Shown here: piece after piece, positions 9,608 to 17,669 of the stretch | Layout of the letters: each line of letters starts with the position of its first letter | Position numbering within the stretch: position 1 is the first letter of the stretch | Assembly (NCBI GenBank): GCA_002502625.1 | Contig: DAPV01000022.1 | Span: 1 to 60,858 of the forward strand | Length of the DNA: 60,858 nucleotides | Direction of reading: 5' to 3' | From: Euryarchaeota archaeon UBA125 | GTDB lineage: Archaea; Thermoplasmatota; Poseidoniia; Poseidoniales; Thalassarchaeaceae | Program-made: the position numbers and the translations under genes | Notes under the pieces: model-generated | The model's input: the letters and a program-made list of their open reading frames with translations, nothing else | Database searches by the model: none | Told to the model about the DNA's origin: nothing

Positions 9608-10246
9608 TCATTCATGGTTGTTTAGACGTTCTAAGAGTGCTTTGACAGTTATTCGGAATGAATCCATACTATCTTCATTGTCAATCTTGTAATTTGCCTG
9701 TTCTAATAACGATTCAACTCCCCATCCTTTTTCTCTTGTATCACGCTCTGAAATGGCTTGGTTTTTTTCTTCTTTGATTTGAATTTTGGTTTTTTTATCA
9801 TTTTCTGTGAATTCTATATCTACATCATCTGAACGTTTTCTTTCAATAAGTCTAGAGTTACGAATATCTTCAGCAGCTAATATTGCTAAGATTTCTGGTT
9901 CAAACCCCATCAATTGTACTAATGCATTTTTTTCTGCAATACTCCTCATTCCATCGATAAGAACAAGATTATTGTTTTTTAATTCTTCAGAAATTATTGG
10001 CCATATTCTTTGAAGAACCACGTCATCTCCAAATTTTTCTCTCAGATCCATAGCTACCATCCCTATGTTCCTAGAATTGGGCTCTAATCCTCTTTCTGCA
10101 GTTTCTCTTCGAATCACATTTCCCATTATTATTATTGGAATATTCATTGATTTTGCAATTTTTGAAGCCACACTTTTACCAGATCCTGGTAGTCCAGTAA
10201 GTACCAGTACCTTCGACATAGTTTCCTGTGTTCCCTTGTTGCTCAT
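9608..10246 (-). CDS. P-loop nucleotide kinase (UPF0200 / dephospho-CoA-kinase-like)
   Basis: VLVLTGLPGSGKSVASKIA Walker A, followed by MGNVIRRE, with a K/E-rich tail. The start could be the Met at 10219. Confidence 0.55.
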   Translation of the reverse strand: MSNKGTQETMSKVLVLTGLPGSGKSVASKIAKSMNIPIIIMGNVIRRETAERGLEPNSRNIGMVAMDLREKFGDDVVLQRIWPIISEELKNNNLVLIDGMRSIAEKNALVQLMGFEPEILAILAAEDIRNSRLIERKRSDDVDIEFTENDKKTKIQIKEEKNQAISERDTREKGWGVESLLEQANYKIDNEDSMDSFRITVKALLERLNNHE

Positions 10247-10259
10247 GAATTAACCGATG

Positions 10260-11897
10260 TTAGTTTTCAAATGGTGCACTTCCCCATTTACGTTTGAGTA
10301 ATCGAAGATAAAGAAAAGAGAGAGAAATAAGAATAGCACAGATTCCAAGTATTCCCGTTAGACTTGTAGATTGCATTTGTTCGAGTTCAATTGCCTGAGC
10401 CTCAGCATTCAAACCTCCAGTTGAAACTTGCATACTCCAATTTTCCAGTAATGTAGTATCTCCTTTGGTGAAAGATAAAACGAATAGTCCAATCAATGGT
10501 AAAGAAGTTGCAATCCAGAAACGAGCCATAATCCCACTATCGAAAATTGCTTTGTTGGGTCTTAATCCCATTAGCCAAGCAGACAGAGAAACAATGTAAA
10601 TAGAATTTGCAAGCATCACTACCATTGCAGAAATAGCATCATCCCATTGATCTAACATCCACGCCATAAGTAAGATGAAGATAACACCAATCCAACTAGT
10701 AAGCAAAAAGTAAGTCCAAATTTTTGCTTTAAGCAATTCAGGAACAGATACTGGCATTGTGTTTAGATGATCAGGTGCATCAATTGCATTCAACCAGGAA
10801 TAGAAATTAAATCCAAAAAATCCTATGAATGGAGCATAAGAAAGTAAATTGAAAGGAATGGGAAAGGAAGCAAAATCTGCGCCCCATGCTAGAAGTAGTA
10901 AGAAAAGGAGAGGCACTGCAAATGATCCTAGCATTTTCAGAAGAGTGCCCGATCGCAATACATCAACGATTTCTTTTGCTATCAGAATTCTCATCGGACT
11001 ATCCGATTTTAGTCCGAGTTTTCCTAGTTTTTCGTATACAGGAATAAATAAATCATCTCTTCCAGTGATTCTAACTTCAAAATCTTCGGGAAGAAGTCCT
11101 GCAGAAAACCAAGCCAAAATAGTACATGAAAGCAAAGCAAAAGGCGTCAACATTAGTGCATTAATTGATCCATCAGAGTGTGCCCATAGTCCAAAAATTG
11201 CATTTTCCATGGGGATGAATCCAAGATAAATTAGCGCTCCTAATACTGCTCCTAGAATTGGGACTAGAATATTCCATTGCCCACCTCTGCTCATTAGTGT
11301 TGAACCGAAGAATGAAATTGCTATTCCTTGAGCTAAAGTTAGTGAAATACAAATTAGGAATGGTAGTAGAGATTTCCATAACAAAGGTGTTGTTATTTCA
11401 AAAATTGATTGTGATGCAATTCCCAATGCCATTCCAATGGTTACTGGAATGAGAATTAATACGAAGTAAAAACTCACTTCTTTGAGGTAGTAAGCAAGAT
11501 AAGTTGTTTGTAAATCGATAGGTTGCATTGCTGGAGATGCCAAAAGAAAATTTTTACCACCACTTCGCTGAGAAACGATAGAACGACCTAAGAATGCAAA
11601 AGTCCCCATTCCCATAGAGAAAAGAAAAACCATTAGATGTATTCCTGTTCGTAATTGTTCAAAAGTAAAAGTTTCTCGAGAAATTTCTTCAGCATTTCCT
11701 CCAATTACTCCATCGCCAGTAAGAAATCTTAGTCCTATTGTTAATGCCATAGAAACAACGGCTAATAACGCTGGAAACATCAAGATTCGTCTACTTTTTG
11801 CAAAGTCTACATTTTGACGCCATTCCTCTTTAAACATCATTTTGAATGTAATAGGAAAAGATGAACCAAAATTTGGCTCATTCCTTTTTACAGACAT
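10260..11897 (-). CDS. polytopic membrane protein, probable permease partner of the adjacent ABC ATPase
   Basis: At least 10 hydrophobic helices. Only a 5-nt gap separates it from the upstream ABC ATPase gene. No sequence motif recognised. Confidence 0.55.
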   Translation of the reverse strand: MSVKRNEPNFGSSFPITFKMMFKEEWRQNVDFAKSRRILMFPALLAVVSMALTIGLRFLTGDGVIGGNAEEISRETFTFEQLRTGIHLMVFLFSMGMGTFAFLGRSIVSQRSGGKNFLLASPAMQPIDLQTTYLAYYLKEVSFYFVLILIPVTIGMALGIASQSIFEITTPLLWKSLLPFLICISLTLAQGIAISFFGSTLMSRGGQWNILVPILGAVLGALIYLGFIPMENAIFGLWAHSDGSINALMLTPFALLSCTILAWFSAGLLPEDFEVRITGRDDLFIPVYEKLGKLGLKSDSPMRILIAKEIVDVLRSGTLLKMLGSFAVPLLFLLLLAWGADFASFPIPFNLLSYAPFIGFFGFNFYSWLNAIDAPDHLNTMPVSVPELLKAKIWTYFLLTSWIGVIFILLMAWMLDQWDDAISAMVVMLANSIYIVSLSAWLMGLRPNKAIFDSGIMARFWIATSLPLIGLFVLSFTKGDTTLLENWSMQVSTGGLNAEAQAIELEQMQSTSLTGILGICAILISLSFLYLRLLKRKWGSAPFEN

Positions 11898-11902
11898 CTA
11901 AC

Positions 11903-12712
11903 TCATTCCTCTTCAGTAATGTTTTTTGCTTCAATTTCATTGATAGATTTCCCAACTAATCGAATGAAAATATCTTCTAAAGTTTCATTTTTTGAATTTC
12001 TCAAATCATCTAGTTTACCAGCTGCAAGAACTCTTCCATTGTCAATTACGGCTACTCTGGTACACAACCTTTCAGCAATTTCAAGGATATGAGAACAAAG
12101 AAAAATAGTTCCACCATTCGAAATATGATCTAACAATAATTCACGACATTTTCGTTGATAGATTGGATCTAAATTTACAAATGGTTCATCGAGGAATAAT
12201 AGTCTTGGTTCATGGATGAATGCCGAAGCAAGCATTACTTTTTGTCGTTGACCTTTCGACAAATCTTTGCATAGAGTCCCACTTTTTTCAGTCATCCCAA
12301 ACCAGTCTAGCCAATAACTGACTTTTTCATTGATTTCCTCTATTTTTCTTAGACGAGCTACAAATTCAAGAAATTCTGCTGCAGTTAGATATGAAGGTGG
12401 AGATTCGGATTCAGGAACAATTCCAATATTTGCCTTGACTAATCTTGGTTGATTCTCTACATTAATTCCCAACACTTTAGCAGATCCTGCACTGGGTCTG
12501 AGTTGTCCTGTTAATAGACGAATAAAGGTTGATTTTCCTGCGCCATTTGGTCCAAAAACTCCGAAGAATTCTCCCGCTTGAACTTTCACATCAAGAGGTT
12601 GAAGTGCTACAAAGTCACCAAACCTCTTAGCTAATCCATTTGCTTCAACTAGATTTTCCACCAAGAAATTACTCACCTGTCCACTCTGGCTTACCTCTTT
12701 CCATGAAAGCAT
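11903..12712 (-). CDS. ABC transporter ATP-binding protein (ABC-2 type)
   Basis: Walker A GPNGAGKST, signature LSKGQRQKV, Walker B LLFLDEP and H-loop CSHIL. Confidence 0.9.
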   Translation of the reverse strand: MLSWKEVSQSGQVSNFLVENLVEANGLAKRFGDFVALQPLDVKVQAGEFFGVFGPNGAGKSTFIRLLTGQLRPSAGSAKVLGINVENQPRLVKANIGIVPESESPPSYLTAAEFLEFVARLRKIEEINEKVSYWLDWFGMTEKSGTLCKDLSKGQRQKVMLASAFIHEPRLLFLDEPFVNLDPIYQRKCRELLLDHISNGGTIFLCSHILEIAERLCTRVAVIDNGRVLAAGKLDDLRNSKNETLEDIFIRLVGKSINEIEAKNITEEE

Positions 12713-13502
12713 TGACCCCTATTTCCTTATCTTTCGTATCGAATAAATCCACGAACATATTGTGTTCTAATAGAATTCCATCTGTAATTGGATTATCTAA
12801 AGCGGCACGAATTGCTTGTTTTGCAATTTGAATAGTTAAAGGGGACTTGGATGAAAGATTATTCGCAATTTCCATCCCTTTGTTCATCAATTCGTCTGGT
12901 TCAACGATATGATTAACTAATCCAATTCTATGAGCTTCTTTTCCATCTATCATCTCTCCACCCATCACCATTTCCATTGCTTTTCCATATCCAACAAGCC
13001 AAGTTAATCGTTGAGTTCCACCTCCTCCTGGGATTAGCCCTAGATTAATTTCTGGAGTCCCAAACATTGATCGGTTTGTTGCAATTCTAATATCGCATGA
13101 CAATGCTAGTTCACTTCCACCCCCTAGCGCGTATCCATCAATTAGAGCAATTGTTGGCTTTCTTAATTTCCAAACTGCTTCCCAAACATTATCTTCAAAT
13201 TCTGGACGAATAGCTACACTGTCTTTTCCAACAAATTCACTAACATCAGCTCCAGCAACGAAAGAATGAGGTTTCTGGCGCTTTCCTTCAGGAGGAGGCA
13301 ATGGAGAAGCACCACGGAAAACTACCACTAAAACTTCGTCAGACTCTTGTGCCCAAGCACAAAGTGATTTGACAGCCTCTTTCACATCTATGTTTAGTGC
13401 GTTTAATTTCTCAGGTCTGTTTATTGTTGCAATGATAATTACTCCATTTTCAGATGAGCATTCTTCGATAGTAAGTTCTTCCACATCAGGACGTTCGGCC
13501 AT
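12669..13502 (-). CDS. enoyl-CoA hydratase/isomerase (crotonase) family protein
   Basis: Oxyanion-hole segments FVAGADVSEF and GYALGGGSELALSCDIRIA are typical of crotonases. Confidence 0.85.
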   Translation of the reverse strand: MAERPDVEELTIEECSSENGVIIIATINRPEKLNALNIDVKEAVKSLCAWAQESDEVLVVVFRGASPLPPPEGKRQKPHSFVAGADVSEFVGKDSVAIRPEFEDNVWEAVWKLRKPTIALIDGYALGGGSELALSCDIRIATNRSMFGTPEINLGLIPGGGGTQRLTWLVGYGKAMEMVMGGEMIDGKEAHRIGLVNHIVEPDELMNKGMEIANNLSSKSPLTIQIAKQAIRAALDNPITDGILLEHNMFVDLFDTKDKEIGVNAFMERGKPEWTGE

Positions 13503-13553
13503 GTCCCTTCGACATGAGTTCGATACATAGCATCATTGATGAAAATTCAAAAT

Positions 13554-14408
13554 TTATTGGTCTGAATTTGGTGGTGGGGGGAGTCCACCAATTTCTCCAG
13601 GTAAAGGCGGAGGCGGAAGGTCGCCAATTGCCTTTGGTAGGGGGGGAGGTGGTAATCCTCCAAGATCTGGAAGAGGTTCAGACTCACTTTCAGCAGCCCT
13701 TAAACCTACATCTAATGGTACCCGAAGCCGCAAGATCTTATTTTCATCAATACGAATCAAAACTTTCCCATAAGGATGCCCTGGAGCTGGATTTTCAGGT
13801 TCATCTAGAACTTGAATTTCATTAGATTGCTGGAGGATTTTTTGAAGTTCTTCCCTGGAATCTGCATCATATCTAGATCTTAATGTATCTCCTCTAATTT
13901 TGGCTAATTGCTTTCTTCTCCGCTTCTCAATTCCTTCACGGATTTCTTTTTGTGATTCCCTTCGACTTAATACTACGCTATCTATCTCTGTTTCTAACAT
14001 AGATTGTGCATCTACCTCTACAACGTATTCTTTTGCTTCGACAATATCATCATCCAAGGCTTCTACTTCGATAATATCTTCATTATCAACTGCTTCAACT
14101 ACTGGAGTAACTACATCTACTCCCCGTTTTCTACTTACTGGAATAATAATTTCTTCTTCAATTTCTTCTTCTATGGAAATTGAAGTCGTATTCTTCTTCT
14201 TTCTTACAGGAGGGGCTGGTTGCCCTCCTGTAAACATTAGATATGCTAGAAGGATCAAAAGTCCGCCTGCTGCTCCTAATTCGCCATTCCCTGACAAGCT
14301 TCCTCTAAGTGTCAAGAAACCTGCTCCGCCAATGAAGAGCACCATCCAGAGCATTAGTCTAGAGAAACCCGCCACTCTCTCTCCTCCATTACCTACGACC
14401 CGCTGCAT
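13554..14408 (-). CDS. membrane protein with acidic/coiled middle and C-terminal poly-proline repeats
   Basis: Two N-terminal TM helices and an E/D/I-rich segment. The C-terminus is LGGLPPPPLPKAIGDLPPPPLPGEIGGLPPPP, three G(G/D)LPPPP units. Confidence 0.55.
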   Translation of the reverse strand: MQRVVGNGGERVAGFSRLMLWMVLFIGGAGFLTLRGSLSGNGELGAAGGLLILLAYLMFTGGQPAPPVRKKKNTTSISIEEEIEEEIIIPVSRKRGVDVVTPVVEAVDNEDIIEVEALDDDIVEAKEYVVEVDAQSMLETEIDSVVLSRRESQKEIREGIEKRRRKQLAKIRGDTLRSRYDADSREELQKILQQSNEIQVLDEPENPAPGHPYGKVLIRIDENKILRLRVPLDVGLRAAESESEPLPDLGGLPPPPLPKAIGDLPPPPLPGEIGGLPPPPNSDQ

Positions 14409-15025
14409 TGGTTTGAGGTTGGCGATTGATTTCTCCCTTGTAAATATGCTCTGAGCGCTTCCATGGCCTTTCCTCGATGTGAAAATTTTTGTTTTTCTTC
14501 CCTATTCATCTCAGCAAATGTTCTCCCATTTCCTTGATTTGGAACGAAAATAGGATCATATCCAAATCCGTTTGTTCCTAGAGCCTTTTCTGAAACTTGT
14601 CCTTTGCATTCACCTTCAAAGAATAATTCTTCACCATCAAGATGAATCCCTATGACACATTTGAAACAAGCATCACGATTTTTATTGTCCGTTAAGGTTT
14701 TCATTATTCCTTTGATTCCTAATGTTTTGTGAACATAGGATGAATAAACTCCTGGAAAACCGTCTAGAGCCTCAATAAAAAATCCTGCGTCTTCTACCAT
14801 TACTCCTAATTTATTAGATGAATTTTTTACAATCGCAACTGCTTTTCTTAATTTATCCTTAGCAACATGTCGAAGCTCCGATGATTGTATTTCTTCAATT
14901 TCGGGGAATTCCTCATTAAAATGAAATGATTCTACATTCAATCCAAATGGATGTAATGCTAATTTAGCTTCATCTAACTTGCCAGAGTTTGATGTAACAA
15001 AAAGAATGGTTCTTTTATCAGCCAT
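14393..15025 (-). CDS. non-canonical purine NTP pyrophosphatase (HAM1/RdgB ITPase)
   Basis: ILFVTSNSGKLDEAK, EDAGFFIEALDGFPGVYS, GFGYDPIF and SHRGKA motifs. The start is taken at MADKRT. The longer track ORF would run into bud32. Confidence 0.85.
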   Translation of the reverse strand: MADKRTILFVTSNSGKLDEAKLALHPFGLNVESFHFNEEFPEIEEIQSSELRHVAKDKLRKAVAIVKNSSNKLGVMVEDAGFFIEALDGFPGVYSSYVHKTLGIKGIMKTLTDNKNRDACFKCVIGIHLDGEELFFEGECKGQVSEKALGTNGFGYDPIFVPNQGNGRTFAEMNREEKQKFSHRGKAMEALRAYLQGRNQSPTSNQCSGS

Positions 15026-15677
15026 GATATCTAACTCTCCCTTGGATTTCTTGATATCGTGAAATAACATCAGCAATACTTTCCCCTTTTTTTTCTCCAT
15101 CTGTGTAGCCTTCAAGTACGAATTTCATTGCATCAGAATGTTTAGGATGACTTGCAGATAAACATTCTGACAAGACTTGAAGATCTTGTCCAAGAGATTC
15201 GATTTCAGGAGATAACCGACCTAATCCAAAGTCAATAATTTGTATAAAATTCGAATGATCACCTAGTAAATTGTGAGTAGTAAGATCTCCATGAGATATG
15301 CCTAAAGAATGTATTTTACGGATTAATTTTCCACATGAATACATTATCGAAGAGACCATCTCAGGATCATTTGAGTTTCTAAGAATCTCAAATAATGGTA
15401 CTCCCGGTAATCTAGTCATTACAATGGTGGAATTTTTTTCATCAAAATCCAGTAAATTTGGAATCGGTAATTCTGAATTCGAAAGATGAACAAGGATTCT
15501 TGCTTCTGCGAATAATCTTCTTTTTGTCAATGATTGGTCTAGACTCGGATGCCTATATCCTTTTGGACGACGAATTTTCATTACAGCATCAGTGCCAAAC
15601 CATTTACCTACAATTGTTCTTGCTTCTGCACCATCATGAAGTACGGCTTCCTCAACCCACGGAGAGGTGTCATCCAT
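15018..15677 (-). CDS. bud32: KEOPS-complex kinase Bud32 (RIO-like atypical kinase)
   Basis: GAEA..., VMKIRRPKGYRHPSLD..., HGDLTTHNLL and IDFGL motifs, at the small size typical of archaeal Bud32. Confidence 0.85.
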   Translation of the reverse strand: MDDTSPWVEEAVLHDGAEARTIVGKWFGTDAVMKIRRPKGYRHPSLDQSLTKRRLFAEARILVHLSNSELPIPNLLDFDEKNSTIVMTRLPGVPLFEILRNSNDPEMVSSIMYSCGKLIRKIHSLGISHGDLTTHNLLGDHSNFIQIIDFGLGRLSPEIESLGQDLQVLSECLSASHPKHSDAMKFVLEGYTDGEKKGESIADVISRYQEIQGRVRYHG

Positions 15678-15733
15678 GTTTGCACGGGGAGGAAGATGGA
15701 TTCAAATGCACCGGGCGTAAGGGCTGTTTGCCC

Positions 15734-16876
15734 ATGTCTCTTGGACTACCACTCGCCAGTTGTTCGATCGACGATACTGTTAGCGATAATGAGTATAGAG
15801 AGCGGATTCAAAAATCGAAGCAAAAATTAGGAGATAGAGTGATGATTTTAGGTCATCATTACCAACGCGACTCTATTGTTGAACATGCTGATGCTACGGG
15901 CGACTCCTTCAGATTATCGAGAATGGCGGCAGATAGTACGGCAGATCACATAGTTTTCTGCGGTGTTCATTTTATGGCAGAAAGTGCAGATATTCTTACT
16001 AATAATCAACAGATTGTTTCCATGCCAACAACAAGAGCAGGTTGTTCAATGGCAGATATGGCAAATGTACCTGATGTTGAGGAATGTTGGCACATTTTAC
16101 TTGAAGAACTTGATTTACAAGATCCGTTATCGAGAGAAAATCCCGATGAAATTGCAAACCAAGATGATAATTTCCTCGTTCCTGTGACTTATATGAATAG
16201 TTCTGCAGCTCTCAAGGCATTTGTTGGAAGACATGGAGGAATTGTTTGTACATCTACCAATGCAATGGGAGTTTTGGAATGGGCTCTATCTAGGGCAGGA
16301 GGATTAGGTAAAGTGTTATTCTTTCCGGATCAACATTTAGGAAGAAATACGGCATTCAAAATGGGATTCAAATCAGAAGACATGGTCGTTTGGGATCCCA
16401 GGGAAATCCCTGACACTAGTGAAATTTCTGCAGCGAGATTTGTATTATGGCATGGTTATTGTTCAGTTCATCAACGCTTTACCGTCAATCAAATAGATAA
16501 TCTGAGAGAATTACATCCTGGTGCAATGATTGTAGTTCATCCTGAGTGTAATCGTAAAGTTGTACAAGCAGCTGATGCAGATGGTTCTACAGATTTTATT
16601 CGACGTTATTGTGAGGATGCACCTTCAGGATCTATAATCGGAGTAGGTACTGAAATTAATCTTGTTCAACGATTGAATTCAAAATATCCAGATAAAGAAA
16701 TTATTTGTTTAGATGATTCAGTTTGTCCTTGTTCGACGATGTACATGATTCATCCAAGATTTTTGGCTGAACAACTGGAATCGATAATTAATGGAGATGA
16801 GAGAAATATCATTAGTATCGATAAACAAACATCTAGCGATGCCATAATGGCTCTAAACAGAATGCTAGAAGTCTAA
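15734..16876 (+). CDS. nadA: quinolinate synthase
   Basis: ILGHHYQRD, CGVHFMAESADIL, CSMADM, FFPDQHLGRN, HGYCSVH, VHPEC and CPCSTM (Fe-S Cys ligands). The start is moved to ATG 15734. The first 92 codons of the track ORF are antisense to bud32. Confidence 0.9.
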   Translation: MSLGLPLASCSIDDTVSDNEYRERIQKSKQKLGDRVMILGHHYQRDSIVEHADATGDSFRLSRMAADSTADHIVFCGVHFMAESADILTNNQQIVSMPTTRAGCSMADMANVPDVEECWHILLEELDLQDPLSRENPDEIANQDDNFLVPVTYMNSSAALKAFVGRHGGIVCTSTNAMGVLEWALSRAGGLGKVLFFPDQHLGRNTAFKMGFKSEDMVVWDPREIPDTSEISAARFVLWHGYCSVHQRFTVNQIDNLRELHPGAMIVVHPECNRKVVQAADADGSTDFIRRYCEDAPSGSIIGVGTEINLVQRLNSKYPDKEIICLDDSVCPCSTMYMIHPRFLAEQLESIINGDERNIISIDKQTSSDAIMALNRMLEV

Positions 16877-16877
16877 C

Positions 16878-17132
16878 TTAGTGGAGTTCGCCAGTACCTT
16901 GGTCACGAAGTCTCCACACGCATATGTCATATCGGCCTGAGAGAGCCCCTCCTCTCTTTGTGGTAGATACCTTCTCAATATCTTTGTCTTTGGATAATAC
17001 ATTTCCTAGTTGTTGAGGTGTAGTCCCATGCCTAGTAGTTGTATTTACATGTTCTAGAATCTCAGTAGTATTCGCTTCTCCCTTTTCAGCTAGGTATCTC
17101 TTTATTCGTTCTCTTAATCTGGTGGTTCTCAT
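16878..17132 (-). CDS. small winged-helix-like protein, paralogue A
   Basis: 84 aa. Shares NT(T/A)EI(L/V)EH and G(A/V)LS..Y(D/K)IC(V/E)W with the upstream 86-aa ORF. ATGA overlap at 17129-17132. Confidence 0.5.
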   Translation of the reverse strand: MRTTRLRERIKRYLAEKGEANTTEILEHVNTTTRHGTTPQQLGNVLSKDKDIEKVSTTKRGGALSGRYDICVWRLRDQGTGELH

Positions 17133-17389
17133 TGTTCTCCTCTCCTATTTTTCATCCAATCGACTGTCGCCCACTCACAAATTTTGTATCCAGAAGAAAG
17201 CACACCACTACGTCGTACTAAATCTACTCTAACAACCTGAGCATCTGATTTCAGTAGTTTTTCGATTTGTTCGATACTAGTTCCATCCATATTAGCTCTG
17301 GCATGTTCTACGATTTCTGCGGTATTACGTGGGCGTGATTGGAGGTAAGATCTGATAAGATGTCGCAAATTTTCGCTCATCATTTTCAC
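17129..17389 (-). CDS. small winged-helix-like protein, paralogue B
   Basis: 86 aa with AGAGGTGAAA immediately upstream of the ATG. Tandem paralogue of 16878..17132. Confidence 0.5.
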   Translation of the reverse strand: MKMMSENLRHLIRSYLQSRPRNTAEIVEHARANMDGTSIEQIEKLLKSDAQVVRVDLVRRSGVLSSGYKICEWATVDWMKNRRGEQ

Positions 17390-17420
17390 CTCTTATTCCT
17401 CTGACTTTTCTTTGCTGTTG

Positions 17421-17435
17421 CATCGGCGGCCGATG
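17421..17435. repeat. perfect 15-bp palindrome CATCGGCGGCCGATG in the leader of the small wHTH genes
   Basis: Read directly from the sequence. CGGCGG recurs inverted at 17467-17474 (ACCGCCGT). It is a G+C-rich patch in an otherwise AT-rich spacer. Confidence 0.6.
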
Positions 17436-17572
17436 TTGAGGGGAGAGTCGGGGGGGTTATCAAATGACCGCCGTTCTTTGACAAATTTCGTTACACAATC
17501 AGAGAATAAATTACCAATTTTTTGAGAACGAAATTACAAATTGGTTATTTTTCATAAGATATTCTATCAACT

Positions 17573-17592
17573 ATGTAACAAAATGTAACAAA
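17573..17592. repeat. tandem direct repeat 2 x ATGTAACAAA
   Basis: Read directly from the sequence. The inverted core GTTACA is at 17490-17495. Interleaved inverted repeats are AATTTCGTT (17484-17492) with AACGAAATT (17527-17535), and ACCAATTT (17513-17520) with AAATTGGT (17538-17545). Confidence 0.6.
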
Positions 17593-17669
17593 TTTACTAT
17601 TTTAAATTTAATAATATCAATATTGAAATAACTAATGATATTATAGTAATTTCAAGGGGAGAGGAAAAA

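Noticed and set aside
13900-14454. Long antisense ORFs (13900-14454, 21032-21613, 36759-37112, 41967-42305, 8495-8803, 10849-11229 and similar)
   Set aside because: Each lies fully inside a better-supported gene on the opposite strand. They have S/I/F-rich low-complexity translations typical of shadow frames, and no SD sites.
15458-15733. N-terminal 92 codons of the 472-aa track ORF for nadA
   Set aside because: They lie entirely antisense to bud32, are low-complexity (LLLHHH...) and have no NadA homology. NadA similarity begins just after ATG 15734.
17390-17669. AT-rich repeat-bearing spacer as the replication origin
   Set aside because: It is not adjacent to orc1 (6 kb away) and has no ORB-like inverted repeats. 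The repeats are equally well explained as operators for three flanking wHTH genes. Kept only as a low-weight alternative inside a finding.
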